A stretch of DNA of 64,000 bases, taken from assembly GCA_041640595.1 (NCBI GenBank), contig JBEPZY010000002.1:242984-306983 (forward strand), in the 5' to 3' direction. Shown here piece by piece: positions 1 through 10,403 of this stretch. The notes under the pieces were generated by a model, which had not been told where the DNA came from, did not search any database, and was given only the letters and a program-made list of their open reading frames with translations. Each line of letters opens with the position of its first letter. The stretch's first letter is position 1. Origin of the DNA: Gemmatales bacterium. GTDB lineage: Bacteria > Planctomycetota > Planctomycetia > Gemmatales > HRBIN36. A program made the translations under genes and the position numbers.

Positions 1-378
1 CTGGCAACGGCTGTGCAGTTTTTTGCGCGGCGAGTCCGTAAGCAGCCAAAGCCCCCACCCGGAGCGAACAGGCCGACTGCAACTACCCGCGGGAGTCCTT
101 GTAGAACGCCACCTGCACACTTGGCGCTTATTCCGTCGCAGTAGCACCTGACGTCCCTGGCATCGCCTGCTTCGCCTGACGTCCTTCGCACCACCTGTTT
201 ACAGGCCGCCGGTTGTTTAGATGACGCTGGTTCATTCCTCAACGCTGCCACATCGCCTTTCGATGACAACCGCCCTTGCACGTCCAAATTCGGCGGTGCA
301 GAGGTGTTCACTCGCGTCAGGCTTGCGTTTGGCATTAGGAACACTAATAGTACTAAGACCCAACTATTCAGGGGCTTG

Positions 379-392
379 TTTTTTTTTTTTTT
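379..392. repeat. Homopolymer T14 tract in intergenic DNA upstream of the secreted-protein gene
   Basis: 14 consecutive T's in an otherwise GC-rich sequence, about 160 bp upstream of ATG 550. Confidence 0.9.
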
Positions 393-549
393 GTACTCAC
401 TAGGCTGACGCGGACTTGCTGGCGGATACTGCCAGAGCGGTTCTGGTGACACCAGCAGTAGTCAGCCTTCGCCGCGATCCCGGGGCTCGTCGCTGCAAGG
501 TTCGCCTTCCCCTTCAACCTAGGCCCCCGCTGCAAAGGAGGAGTGTTCC

Positions 550-1452
550 ATGAAGTGCCGCCTCTCTTTTCTGGTCGGCGTCCCAGTCATCCTGGGTCTC
601 TGCTTGCTCGGCATCTCCAACCAGGTTACTTCACAGCAAAAGGAGCAGGAGAAAACCAGACCAAAGCCCGTTGACAAGAAGCCCATTGACCTGAAGCCTC
701 CCATTGACGGCAAACCCGTTGATAAGAAGCCCATTGACAAAAAGCCCGTTGATGATCGATGGTCGCCAGAGCAGAGAGCCAAAGCTGAGGCGTTGGAAAG
801 GGAGTTGCTAAGGTCTTTGCCACCTGAGCCTGTTGATCCCGAATTGCGGCGTGTGATTCTTGATGGTGACCCTGAATCAACGCTACGGAAACTAATTCCC
901 GTGCCCCTGCCGGTCATCCCAAAGCCATGCGTGATTACCGCGGGTGACATAGACGGTTTCCAATACAACCCGAAAACCGATCAAGTTTCTCCCTGCTGTA
1001 TCAAAATAAAGTCTCGGAACTTCGACGAACCTGGTGTCAACAAACCCTTCAGCCATCAGGTGCGCATTCCATGTTGCAAGATTCTCGCAATCCGGTGCGA
1101 GGTGCGCATTCGCAACGAGGGCGAGGGCTCTTATAACGATAGGCTATACGTCGCCATACCGGGCCCAGCCTGCCAGAATGTTTGGTACTCGGATATAAGT
1201 GCCCTGGACAAAAGCTGGCCTGGACCAACGGGTTCGGTTCACACCATAAGCTGGTGGCTGCCACCGGCGTCGGTTCAACAAATCAACCGTTACATTTTTG
1301 AACAGGCGAAAGGCTGCGATTGCTTTTTGTGCCTGCTCAGTCAGGACGACCATGCCGTGGATTATTGGCGGCTCTTTGTTTACTGCTGTGAATGCCCGAC
1401 GGTGCCGAGAGCCGTAGGCTCTCCTATCCCTGAAGGCTCCATCACCAAGTAA
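550..1452 (+). CDS. Secreted Cys-rich hypothetical protein with P[VI]D[KGLD]K-type repeats
   Basis: RBS aaggaggag before ATG; hydrophobic N-terminal signal; repeated PVDKKPID linker; C-terminal domain with several CC pairs and a QDDHAVD motif. Confidence 0.8.
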   Translation: MKCRLSFLVGVPVILGLCLLGISNQVTSQQKEQEKTRPKPVDKKPIDLKPPIDGKPVDKKPIDKKPVDDRWSPEQRAKAEALERELLRSLPPEPVDPELRRVILDGDPESTLRKLIPVPLPVIPKPCVITAGDIDGFQYNPKTDQVSPCCIKIKSRNFDEPGVNKPFSHQVRIPCCKILAIRCEVRIRNEGEGSYNDRLYVAIPGPACQNVWYSDISALDKSWPGPTGSVHTISWWLPPASVQQINRYIFEQAKGCDCFLCLLSQDDHAVDYWRLFVYCCECPTVPRAVGSPIPEGSITK

Positions 1453-1659
1453 CTTTCACGATCACAAGTCGTCCGTGGCCTAGCCAGCCGCAAACGTGGC
1501 GTTTCACCAAGAAAGCATATAGCGTAACTTCGCCTCGCCCGGATACCGTGGTATCCGGGCGGGGTACTTGGCGCCAATCCGCGTGGACAATCTAAGTAAA
1601 CCTACCGAGCGTCGCAACCGAAAAACGGCAACGCGAAAGGCCTCTGCGCTGCACAACCG

Positions 1660-2720
1660 CCGATGCACAAGAGCGGCGGGCGTCAGCCCGCCGTGGTTAC
1701 CGTAACTCGCTTGCAACGGGGAACGGTATCGCTGGGAGCGATGATGGTCGTTCTCAAGAGCGGCGACCGTCAGCCCGCCGTGGGTGTGGGAAACACGATT
1801 GCGCAGACACACGCGCGCTTGTTCTGCAGACCGCCGACGGTGTATGTGCGGATCGCCGTTGCATTCACGGTAATAGTTACCACGGGGGGCTTACGCCCCC
1901 CGCTCTTGTATTGCGACGCGGACGTCCGCCGGCATAAAAAACGATTTTTGCGGTGCACAAACGCACATGCACAAGAGCGGCGGGCGTCAGCCCGCCGTGG
2001 CTTGGCAAAGCGCCCTTGTAATAGCGGAACCATGATTCCGCGTATGTGACAATCGTTCGCCGATACAGCATGAGTGCGTTTTCGCGTCTGTAAATGCGTT
2101 TCGCGCACCACGGCTGGCTTACGCCAGCCGCTCTTGGTGCACGACGTCGGTCCGCTAAAAATGGCGACATTCGCGATGCACAAACGCACGCTCATAAGAG
2201 CGGCGGGCGTTAGCCCGCCGTGGTTACCGTAACGCGATTGCAACGGGGAACGGTATCGCTGGGAGCGCTGATCGTCGTTATCAAGAGCGGCGGGCGTCAG
2301 CCCGCCGTGGGTGTGGGAAACACGATTGCGCAGACACAAGCGCGCTTGTTCTGCAGACCGCCGACGGTGTATGTGCGGATCGCCGTTGCATTCACGGTAA
2401 TAGTTACCACGGGGGGCTTACGCCCCCCGCTCTTGTATTGCGATGCGGACGTCCGCCGGCATAAAAAACGATTTTTGCGATGCACAAACGCACATGCACA
2501 AGAGCGGCGGGCGTCCGCCCGCTGTGGTTCGAGTGACCCACTTGCAACGGCGAGCGTTTTTCTCCGAAAGGGACGCCCGCGTCGCACTCGCACAACTGGC
2601 TTACGCCAGCCGCTCCGGGTCGCGTGAACGGGTGCCGTTGCTGATGTGCGTTTCCGACCGGCGGGTGCGTTACGTTTGCCACGGTCGGCTTACGCCGACC
2701 GCTCTTGGTGCACGACGTTA
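1660..2720. repeat. REP-like palindrome cluster 1 (BIME-like mosaic)
   Basis: Multiple AAGAGCGGCGGGCGTCAGCCCGCCGTGG units and inverted variants; about 330-bp internal duplication at offset 527. Confidence 0.9.
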
Positions 2721-2811
2721 TGTTCCATCGGGAAATAGCGACATCTGCGGTGTACCGTGTGCGTCGCCGCTCCGGTTTCGGTGATCAGCGCGCCGGGCGG
2801 CTATCGGCATA

Positions 2812-4296
2812 TCAGGCCAGCATTTTGGTGATGACGCGGCCGCCGATGTCGGTGAGTCGGAAATCGCGGCCCTGGAAGCGGTAGGTGAGTTTGGTGTGGT
2901 CGAAGCCGAACAGGTGCAGAATCGTCGCGTGCAGATCGTGGACGTGAATGGGGTCTTCGACGACGTTCCAGCCGATCTCGTCGGTCTTCCCGATGACCTG
3001 CCCGCCTTTGATGCCGCCGCCGGCCAGCCAGATACTGAAAGCGAAGGGATGATGATCGCGACCGGAGACGCTGGTAAATCCCGGGCGATTTTCGCCCAGC
3101 GGTGTGCGTCCGAATTCGGAGAGCCAGATCACCAGCGTCGAATCCAGCAGCCCACGCCGTTTCAAATCCTTGAGCAGAGCGGCGATCGGCTGGTCGGCCA
3201 TTCGGCAGTTGAAAGCCAGCTCCTTGTCCAGGTTGCTGTGGTGATCCCAGGAGGCGTGGAAAATGGAGACGAATCGCACGCCGCGTTCGACCAGTCGGCG
3301 AGCCAGCAGACAGTTCAGGGCGAAGGAATGGTACACGCCCCGTCCACCGCCGCGCGAACTGGTACCGTCATCGTTGCGGTACAGGCCGTACATCTCGATG
3401 GTTTCTTTGGTCTCGTTGCTGAAATCGAGTAATTCGGGAGCGGCGGCCTGCATGCGGAAAGCAAGTTCGTAGGCGGCGATGCGGCTTTGAATTTCCGGGT
3501 CGCGGGCAACGCTGCCGTGCATCTGATTGAGGTCACGCAGCGCACCAATCGTTTTCTCCTGCATGCTGCGGGTCAGTCCGGGCGGATTGTTCAGATTCAA
3601 CACCGGCTCGCCCTGATTGCGGAATAAAACACCGCCATAGCTCGTCGGCAGGAAACCGCTCGACCAGTTCGAGGTGCCGCCGCTGGTACCGCGACCGGAC
3701 GTCAGCACCACGTAGCCGGGCAGGTTCCGCGATTCGCTCCCCAGTCCATACACCAGCCACGAACCCATACTCGGTCGGCCAAACTGCGTCGAACCGGTGT
3801 TCATCAACAACTGCCCCGGATGGTGGTTGAACGCCTCCGTCCACATCGAACGAATCAGGCAAATGTCATCCACGCAGGTGGCCAGGTGCGGCAGGAAGTC
3901 GGACAATTCCATGCCACACTGGCCGTATTTTTTGAACTTGCGCGGGCTGCCCATCAGCGTGGCCGTGTCTTTCTGGATGAACGCAAACCGCACGTTTTTG
4001 ATCAGCGATTCCGGCAACTTCTGGCCGTGCAATTCGTTGAGCTTCGGTTTGGGGTCGAACAGATCCAGCTGGCTCGGACCACCTTCCAGGTAAATGCAGA
4101 TGCAGTTTTTCGCTTTGCCTGGGAAATGTCCCGGTCGAGGCGCCAGCGGATTGATGCGACGGTCGAGGTAAGCCTCTTCGGCCAGCAATTTATCGTCGCG
4201 GAGCATGCTGGCCAGGGCTAACAGGCCGATTCCTCCAGCCGTCGAGGTCAGAAACGCGCGTCGGCTTTGCAGCAACCATTCCTGCCAGGGCGTCAT
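2812..4296 (-). CDS. DUF1501 domain protein (Tat signal)
   Basis: SRRAFL Tat motif, GGPSQLDLFDPKP, WDHH, SEFGRTP, GRDHHP, HVHDLHATILHL motifs. Confidence 0.92.
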   Translation of the reverse strand: MTPWQEWLLQSRRAFLTSTAGGIGLLALASMLRDDKLLAEEAYLDRRINPLAPRPGHFPGKAKNCICIYLEGGPSQLDLFDPKPKLNELHGQKLPESLIKNVRFAFIQKDTATLMGSPRKFKKYGQCGMELSDFLPHLATCVDDICLIRSMWTEAFNHHPGQLLMNTGSTQFGRPSMGSWLVYGLGSESRNLPGYVVLTSGRGTSGGTSNWSSGFLPTSYGGVLFRNQGEPVLNLNNPPGLTRSMQEKTIGALRDLNQMHGSVARDPEIQSRIAAYELAFRMQAAAPELLDFSNETKETIEMYGLYRNDDGTSSRGGGRGVYHSFALNCLLARRLVERGVRFVSIFHASWDHHSNLDKELAFNCRMADQPIAALLKDLKRRGLLDSTLVIWLSEFGRTPLGENRPGFTSVSGRDHHPFAFSIWLAGGGIKGGQVIGKTDEIGWNVVEDPIHVHDLHATILHLFGFDHTKLTYRFQGRDFRLTDIGGRVITKMLA

Positions 4297-4335
4297 GGCT
4301 GGTATCCTCCAGATCGGCAGCGATTGTTTGCGGCG

Positions 4336-6864
4336 TTACTCACGGGTGATGAATTCGTCGAGGTTGAGCAGCACGCGAGCGACACCGACCCAGGCGACCG
4401 CTTGCGGCACCGGTATGTTCGCCGGTCGGTACGAACCAAGCAATGCTTCGGATGCTTTGGGATCGCGCTGGGCTTCCGCTACGAATTCGTGCCAGAGTGT
4501 TTCGAGTCGGTTCAACTCGCCCGGCGTCGGCTCCCGTGTCAAGGCAGTGCGGAATGCGGTACGCAAACGCTCGGTAAGCGAGCCCGGCATTTCCGCCAGA
4601 CGTTTCCCGAATGCCTGGGCACATTCGACGAATACGACATCGTTGAGCAGGGTCAGCGACTGCAACGGAGTGTTGGAGCGTTCGCGTTTCATGCAGCAGA
4701 CATTCGAGTCCGGCGCATCGAACATCACCAGCGTCGGATACGGACTGGTCCGCTGGAACCAGATGTACAGGCCGCGACGATAACGGTCCGGGCCTGTGCT
4801 TTCGATCCATTTAGCACTGCCGGCGTAAGTCAATTCGGAAATACCGGCAGGTTGCGGGGGCCGTACACTCGGGCCGCCAATGCGCCGCACCAGAAGACCG
4901 CTGACCGCCAGGGCATTGTCGCGGATAACCTCGGCCTCCAGCCGCAAACGATTCTGCCGCGCCAGCAGCGTGTTATACGGATCGCGCTGCTCCAGTTCCT
5001 GTCGGTAAGTGGAGGCCTGGCGGTAAGTGGCCGAGGTTACGATGAGCCGATGCAGTTTCTTCAAGCTCCACCCCTGGCGGATGAATTCCGAGGCGAGCCA
5101 GTCGAGCAACTCCGGATGGGACGGTTTTTCTCCCTGGGTGCCGAAATCGTTGACCGTCGGTACAATGCCCCGGCCGAAGTAGCGCTGCCAGATCCAGTTG
5201 ACGGTCACCCGCGGTGTCAGCGGATTGGCAGGGTCCACAATCCATTCCGCCAGATCGAGCCGGTTGGGCGGATTATGTTTCGGCTTGAACGGATGCAGGA
5301 CGGCGGGTGTGCCGGGCTGCACTTCCGCGCCCGGCCGCAGAAAATCGCCGCGAATCAGTACATGCGTTTTCCGCAGCGGGCCGAGGGCCAGCGTTTGCGC
5401 GTGCGTAACTGTAGGCTTGGCGCGATCGTGCGCTTGCAGTTTCTTGTTGAGTGCTGCCAGCGTGGCATCGGTGCTGGCCAGATAATCGAGCAGGGTTTTG
5501 CGGTGGTCGGCAGTTCGTTGCGCGGGCGGTGTTTGCAGGGCATTGCGAACGCCGGCCGGAAGTTTTTCGCGGTCGGCGGCCTGAAGTGTGGCTTCCCATT
5601 CGCTCAGTTTCGCCGCCAGCTCCTGCCGACGCTTTTCGATCGCCTGCACGAGTTCCTGCCGACGTTTTTCGTGCTCGGCCAGTTTCGGCCGCAAGGCTTC
5701 CTCTTCGCCCGGCAAAGGTGCAGGAATATCCACTTCCCGGTCGCTGTTGAAAAACGCGAAGAGCTGGTAAAACTCCCGCTGCGTGAACGGATCGTACTTG
5801 TGGTCGTGGCACTGGCAGCAATTCATGGTCGTGCCGAAAAAGACGGCGAATGTCGTGTTGACGCGATCCACCACCGCCTCGACGCGGAACTGTTCCTGAT
5901 CCACGCCCCCTTCGCGATTGGTCAGCGTGTTACGGTGAAAACCGGTCGCCACTTTTTGTTCGGTGGTGGCATTGGGTAACAGATCGCCGGCCAGCTGCTC
6001 GATGACGAATCGGTCGAAAGGCATGTCGCGGTTGAGGGCGTCAATGACCCAGTTCCGCCAGCGCCAGGCCCAGGGTCGGCCCAGGTCTTTTTCGTAGCCA
6101 TCGCTGTCAGCGTAACGAGCCAGGTCGAGCCAGTGGCGTGCCCAGCGTTCACCGTAGTGCGGCGAATCGAGCAAACGGTCCACGGCACGTTCGTAAGCAT
6201 CCGGACCAGTGTCGCGGAGGAATGCTTCGATTTCTTCCAGGGTCGGCGGCAGACCGGTCAGGTCGAGACTCACTCGTCGCAACAGCGTCCACCGATCGGC
6301 TTCGGGTGATGGTGCAATGCCTTCCTGTTCCAGCCGCGCCAGCACAAACGCATCAATGGGATTGCGCACCCAGGCGGTGTTTTTCACGCTCGGAATGGCG
6401 GGTCGGCGTATCGGCTGATAGGCCCAGTGGTCGGAACGCAGAGGGGTCGGGCCTTGGGCAGGTTTCGGCCAGTGCGCTCCCTGATCGATCCAGGCTCGCA
6501 GTTTGGCGATCTCCTCGGCGGAGAGGGGCCGGCCGCCTTCCGGCATTTTCAAATCCGGATCGCTACCGTCCAGCACCCGGATCAGCCGACTTTTGCCACT
6601 GTCGCCAGGAACGATGATCGGCCCGGAATTACCGCCCTTGAACGCTAAATCCGGATGATCGAGTCGCAAACCGCCTCTGGCTTTTCGCGGCCCGTGACAG
6701 GAATGGCAGTGCTTGCTCAAAATCGGTTCAATGTCCCGGGCGAAGTCCACGGATGGGGAACCCTTGGGTGCTTCTGAGCTGGCAGGTTTAACCGGTTGCT
6801 GAGCATGCACCCAGGCCAGCACGGCCACCAGTCCGATCACGCAAGCAACCATCAGCCTTTGCAT
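4336..6864 (-). CDS. PSD1 / planctomycete cytochrome c protein (PSCyt1 + DUF1549 + DUF1553)
   Basis: Signal peptide, CHSCH heme motif, HWAYQP, RRVSLDLTGLPPT, HWLDLARYADS, CQCHDHKYDP, HPELLDWLA, LLNLDEFIT. Confidence 0.92.
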   Translation of the reverse strand: MQRLMVACVIGLVAVLAWVHAQQPVKPASSEAPKGSPSVDFARDIEPILSKHCHSCHGPRKARGGLRLDHPDLAFKGGNSGPIIVPGDSGKSRLIRVLDGSDPDLKMPEGGRPLSAEEIAKLRAWIDQGAHWPKPAQGPTPLRSDHWAYQPIRRPAIPSVKNTAWVRNPIDAFVLARLEQEGIAPSPEADRWTLLRRVSLDLTGLPPTLEEIEAFLRDTGPDAYERAVDRLLDSPHYGERWARHWLDLARYADSDGYEKDLGRPWAWRWRNWVIDALNRDMPFDRFVIEQLAGDLLPNATTEQKVATGFHRNTLTNREGGVDQEQFRVEAVVDRVNTTFAVFFGTTMNCCQCHDHKYDPFTQREFYQLFAFFNSDREVDIPAPLPGEEEALRPKLAEHEKRRQELVQAIEKRRQELAAKLSEWEATLQAADREKLPAGVRNALQTPPAQRTADHRKTLLDYLASTDATLAALNKKLQAHDRAKPTVTHAQTLALGPLRKTHVLIRGDFLRPGAEVQPGTPAVLHPFKPKHNPPNRLDLAEWIVDPANPLTPRVTVNWIWQRYFGRGIVPTVNDFGTQGEKPSHPELLDWLASEFIRQGWSLKKLHRLIVTSATYRQASTYRQELEQRDPYNTLLARQNRLRLEAEVIRDNALAVSGLLVRRIGGPSVRPPQPAGISELTYAGSAKWIESTGPDRYRRGLYIWFQRTSPYPTLVMFDAPDSNVCCMKRERSNTPLQSLTLLNDVVFVECAQAFGKRLAEMPGSLTERLRTAFRTALTREPTPGELNRLETLWHEFVAEAQRDPKASEALLGSYRPANIPVPQAVAWVGVARVLLNLDEFITRE

Positions 6865-7150
6865 GGCATCACCTCGTCCATTCCAACCAGCGTCAGGCAG
6901 GGCGGATTTTTTCGGGTGGGATCGCGCCTATAGGATGCGCATCCGGGCGATATTATTGTCCAACTATCCGTAATAGTTTATCGGCTGGGTGGCATCCGGG
7001 CAAGCAACCTGACTCGCCTGCGGGAACTTTAGCAGCGCCAGCTACGTCGAAACTTATGGACTGACCTCGCCGATCACGGCGCTCAACGCATAGCATAACC
7101 ATAGCGGATTGCCGCTCCAACAACACGGTCTCAGGCCGGGAGGAAAAACT

Positions 7151-8824
7151 ATGCTCATGGCCAACAGGATGCGTTCCGTGCAACGGCTCTGGCTAGGCTC
7201 TCTGGCCGCGCTGGCAGCAATGTTGTGGCTTGGACAACCGATTTCTTTCGCCGATCAGCTCCCACCGGCCAGTGGCTCGGTGCTTGATGACGAGATCATC
7301 AAGTACATCAATTCAACACTGGAAAAGGCCTGGGCGGAAAACGGTATCGAACCTTCCCGACCGGCCACGGAGTACGAATGGTTGCGGCGAGTGTATTTGG
7401 ACGTGGTCGGGCGAATTCCTACCGTGGCGGAAATCGAGGCGTATATGAAGAAACCGACCGCCACCCGCCGGCGGGAAACGGTACAGGCCCTGGTGCGCAG
7501 CGATGATTATGCTGACAATTGGGCCAACCTCTGGACGGTGTGGTTAATCACCCGCACCAGTCCCCCTGGAATTAGCCGCAGCAAGCTGCACTCGTGGCTA
7601 TCGGAAAGTTTCGCCATCAACAAACCATACAACCAGCTGGCGAAGGAATTGATCACAGCCACGGGCAAGTGCGATGAGAATGGGCCGGTGAATTTTATTG
7701 CCGCCTGGGTAGGGGAACCGGTGCCGGCCAGCGATCGTTCCCGCGATGGTTATTTCGACATGGTGCCACTTACCTCCCGCATCACCCGCGTCTTTCTGGG
7801 CACGCAGATCCATTGCACCCAGTGCCACAATCACCCGTTTATTGATTCCCGCAAGCAGGATCAGTTCTGGAAATTCAATGCGTTTCTGCGTCAGGTGAAG
7901 CGCGATCCGCCGGTGATTCAGGGCAACGTCAAGAAAACCGTTGGCCGGTTCTATGTCATCGAGGAAGACCCGAACGTCAACCCCGGCGCCGCGGTGTTCT
8001 ACGAACAGCGAAACGGCCTGGTGCTGCGGGTGAGTGCCGCTTATCTGAACGGCGCACGGCCGGAAAAGCTGGAGCCGGGCAAACGCCGCGAGGTGCTGGC
8101 CGAACTGGTCACGCAGGACCCGATGTTCGCCAAGGCCCTGGTCAATCGCTACTGGGCCCACTTCTTCGGTCGCGGTTTCTGCCATCCCTTCGATGATTTC
8201 GGTGAGCACAACGAAATTGCGCATCCCGAACTGCTGGACAAACTGGCCGAAGCTTTCGTCGCCAGTGGTTACGATTTGCGCCGGCTGATCACGTGGATCA
8301 CGCTGTCCCGCCCGTACTCGCTCTCCAGTATCGCCAATAAGACCAATCGCTCTCAGGATGCCGCACCTTTCTTCGCTCGCATGCAACTGAAAGCGATGTC
8401 GCCCGAACAACTGGTGGATTCGATTTTCACCGCCACCGGTGTGGAATACACGAAACAGTCTCCCGAAGAACGGCGGAAGATGTATGAGGACTGGCTGCGG
8501 GAATTCACCGTCCGCTTCGGTGACGATGAGGGCAACGAGGCCACCTTCAACGGCACCATTGTGCAGGCGTTGATGCTGCTCAACGGCGAGCGGATCAACA
8601 ACGCCGTCAAAGGCACCGTTGTCCAGCAGGCGGCCAGACAGGGTCCCAAAGGGCTCGATTACATATTCCTCGCGGCGCTGAGTCGGCCACCCAACGCCAA
8701 AGAACGCGCTACTTGCCAGCAAATCATCGCACAAGTCATGGCACAGAAGAAGAGCCTGGAGATTGCCTATCAGGACATCCTCTGGGCACTGCTGAACTCC
8801 AACGAATTCTTCCTGAACCACTGA
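7151..8824 (+). CDS. DUF1549/DUF1553 domain protein
   Basis: WLRRVYLDVVGRIPT, CTQCHNHPF, HPELLDKLA, WALLNSNEFFLNH; RBS ggagga upstream of ATG 7151. Confidence 0.9.
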   Translation: MLMANRMRSVQRLWLGSLAALAAMLWLGQPISFADQLPPASGSVLDDEIIKYINSTLEKAWAENGIEPSRPATEYEWLRRVYLDVVGRIPTVAEIEAYMKKPTATRRRETVQALVRSDDYADNWANLWTVWLITRTSPPGISRSKLHSWLSESFAINKPYNQLAKELITATGKCDENGPVNFIAAWVGEPVPASDRSRDGYFDMVPLTSRITRVFLGTQIHCTQCHNHPFIDSRKQDQFWKFNAFLRQVKRDPPVIQGNVKKTVGRFYVIEEDPNVNPGAAVFYEQRNGLVLRVSAAYLNGARPEKLEPGKRREVLAELVTQDPMFAKALVNRYWAHFFGRGFCHPFDDFGEHNEIAHPELLDKLAEAFVASGYDLRRLITWITLSRPYSLSSIANKTNRSQDAAPFFARMQLKAMSPEQLVDSIFTATGVEYTKQSPEERRKMYEDWLREFTVRFGDDEGNEATFNGTIVQALMLLNGERINNAVKGTVVQQAARQGPKGLDYIFLAALSRPPNAKERATCQQIIAQVMAQKKSLEIAYQDILWALLNSNEFFLNH

Positions 8825-9293
8825 TCGCCCATGCAGAGCGAGGCGGCGTCAACTCCCGCAGGCATAAGGCGCCCGCCCTGCGGTTTTCCGGCCATATTGT
8901 CGGATTGGCTACACCCTGGGCGGTAGTATAGTTCTAGTGGAGGTGCCGCCAGCTTGCAGACTGGCATGAGAAGTTGCGCATAACCGGGTGGTGCTTGGTT
9001 GGGTAAGGTATAGCTGCGAGAGTTCCAGTGTGGGTACGACCGGGCGGGGCGGTTATCGCGCACTTTCCGCAGGCATCACGTGGCTTTCTGCGTGTGCAGG
9101 CAACTCGGCATCTCCCGCTTGCATTTTGTCTGCGCAGGCGATAGAACAAGCGCAACTCGACGATCAAAGGTGTGCTGGGCATCAGCTCCGGAGTAAAGGG
9201 GGAGCCTTTTCGTGTCATTGCATCGGTGTCTGGCGCTACCAATCGCTGACAATTTCGCTCGCCAAACGAGCCAACACGGAGGCTGACGAGTGC

Positions 9294-10403
9294 ATGCCGC
9301 GAAAGCAGGTGGCGCAATTTACCGTCGAATATCTGCAAATCCTTGACGAAAACGGTGTGGCCGATCGTGCCCTGGAACCGAGTCTGCCCCCAGCCACGTT
9401 GCTGCAAGTGCACCGGATGATGGTGCTGGCACGGCTGCTCGATCGCCGCATGACTATTCTGCAACAGCAGGGACGCCTGGGTACGTTTCCGAGTGTGCTG
9501 GGGCAGGAGGCTGCCAGTCTGGGTTGTGTTCTGGCTCTGCGTCCCGATGACTGGATTGTGCCCTGCTACCGCGAGAACTCGGCGTTGCTGTATCGCGGCC
9601 TGCCGATCAAAAACATCCTGCTGTTCTGGATGGGTGCGGAAGAGGGCTGCGTTTATTCTCCGGAGCTGCGGATTCTGCCGATTCCGATTCTGATCGGCAG
9701 TCAGACCATCCACGCGGTGGGTCTGGCCCTGGCGGCGAAAATCCACCAGCGCGATGAGGTGAGCATGGTTTTTTTCGGCGACGGAGCGACTTCCGAGGGA
9801 GATTTTCACGAGGCGTGCAACCTGGCCGGTGTGTATCAGGCCCCCGTAATTTTTGTTTGCATCAACAACCAGTACGCCATCTCCGTGCCCCGCAGTCAGC
9901 AATCACGCTCGGAAACGCTGGCACAGAAGGCAATCGCTTACGGATTTTCCGGCATCGTCGTGGACGGCAACGATGTGCTGGCCTGTTATGTGGCCGCACG
10001 CGAAGCCGTGGAACGAGCTCGTCGCGGTCAGGGGCCGACTCTCATCGAATGCCTCACCTATCGCCTCGGTCCGCACACTTCCGCCGATGATCCCCGCCGC
10101 TACCGCGAAGAAGCAGAACGTCAGGTCTGGGAAGCCCGCGATCCGATCAAGCGCTGGCAGGCGTATCTGGAACGGCAAGGGCTCTGGACGGCTGATCAGC
10201 AGGCGGAACTGGAGCGGGAACTGCAGGCGGAAATTGACCAGGCAGTTCGGTTGGCCGAAGCGGAACTGGCACAGCTCGACCCGCTGGACATGTTCGACTA
10301 CGTGTATGCGGAAACGCCGCCGGATCTGCTGGCTCAGAAGCGCGAAGCCGCCGAATATGTCCGACCCGATGCTTCCGTTTCGACGCCGGCGCGGAGGTCG
10401 TGA
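9294..10403 (+). CDS. pdhA: Pyruvate/2-oxoacid dehydrogenase E1 alpha subunit
   Basis: GQEA, ThDP motif GDGATSEGDFHE...NNQYAIS, YRLGPHTSADD; start reassigned to ATG 9294 after ggagg. Confidence 0.9.
   Translation: MPRKQVAQFTVEYLQILDENGVADRALEPSLPPATLLQVHRMMVLARLLDRRMTILQQQGRLGTFPSVLGQEAASLGCVLALRPDDWIVPCYRENSALLYRGLPIKNILLFWMGAEEGCVYSPELRILPIPILIGSQTIHAVGLALAAKIHQRDEVSMVFFGDGATSEGDFHEACNLAGVYQAPVIFVCINNQYAISVPRSQQSRSETLAQKAIAYGFSGIVVDGNDVLACYVAAREAVERARRGQGPTLIECLTYRLGPHTSADDPRRYREEAERQVWEARDPIKRWQAYLERQGLWTADQQAELERELQAEIDQAVRLAEAELAQLDPLDMFDYVYAETPPDLLAQKREAAEYVRPDASVSTPARRS

Noticed and set aside
1..403. Gene start or small ORF at the left edge of the window
   Set aside because: No frame gives a convincing protein; it cannot be resolved without flanking sequence.
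1504..2784. Many ORFs with HGGLTPAAL / QERRASARRG motifs here and in all other REP clusters
   Set aside because: They are translations of the REP palindromes in all six frames, with no RBS or coding bias, so they are not treated as genes.
4267..5979. Long antisense ORFs (also 7598-8821, 16819-17904, 18852-20459, 35877-37013, 53979-55385)
   Set aside because: These are shadow frames opposite well-supported genes in high-GC DNA.
8961..8978. CTGGCATGAGAAGTTGC as a sigma-54 promoter for pdhA
   Set aside because: GG-to-GC spacing is 11 nt; sigma-54 requires 10.
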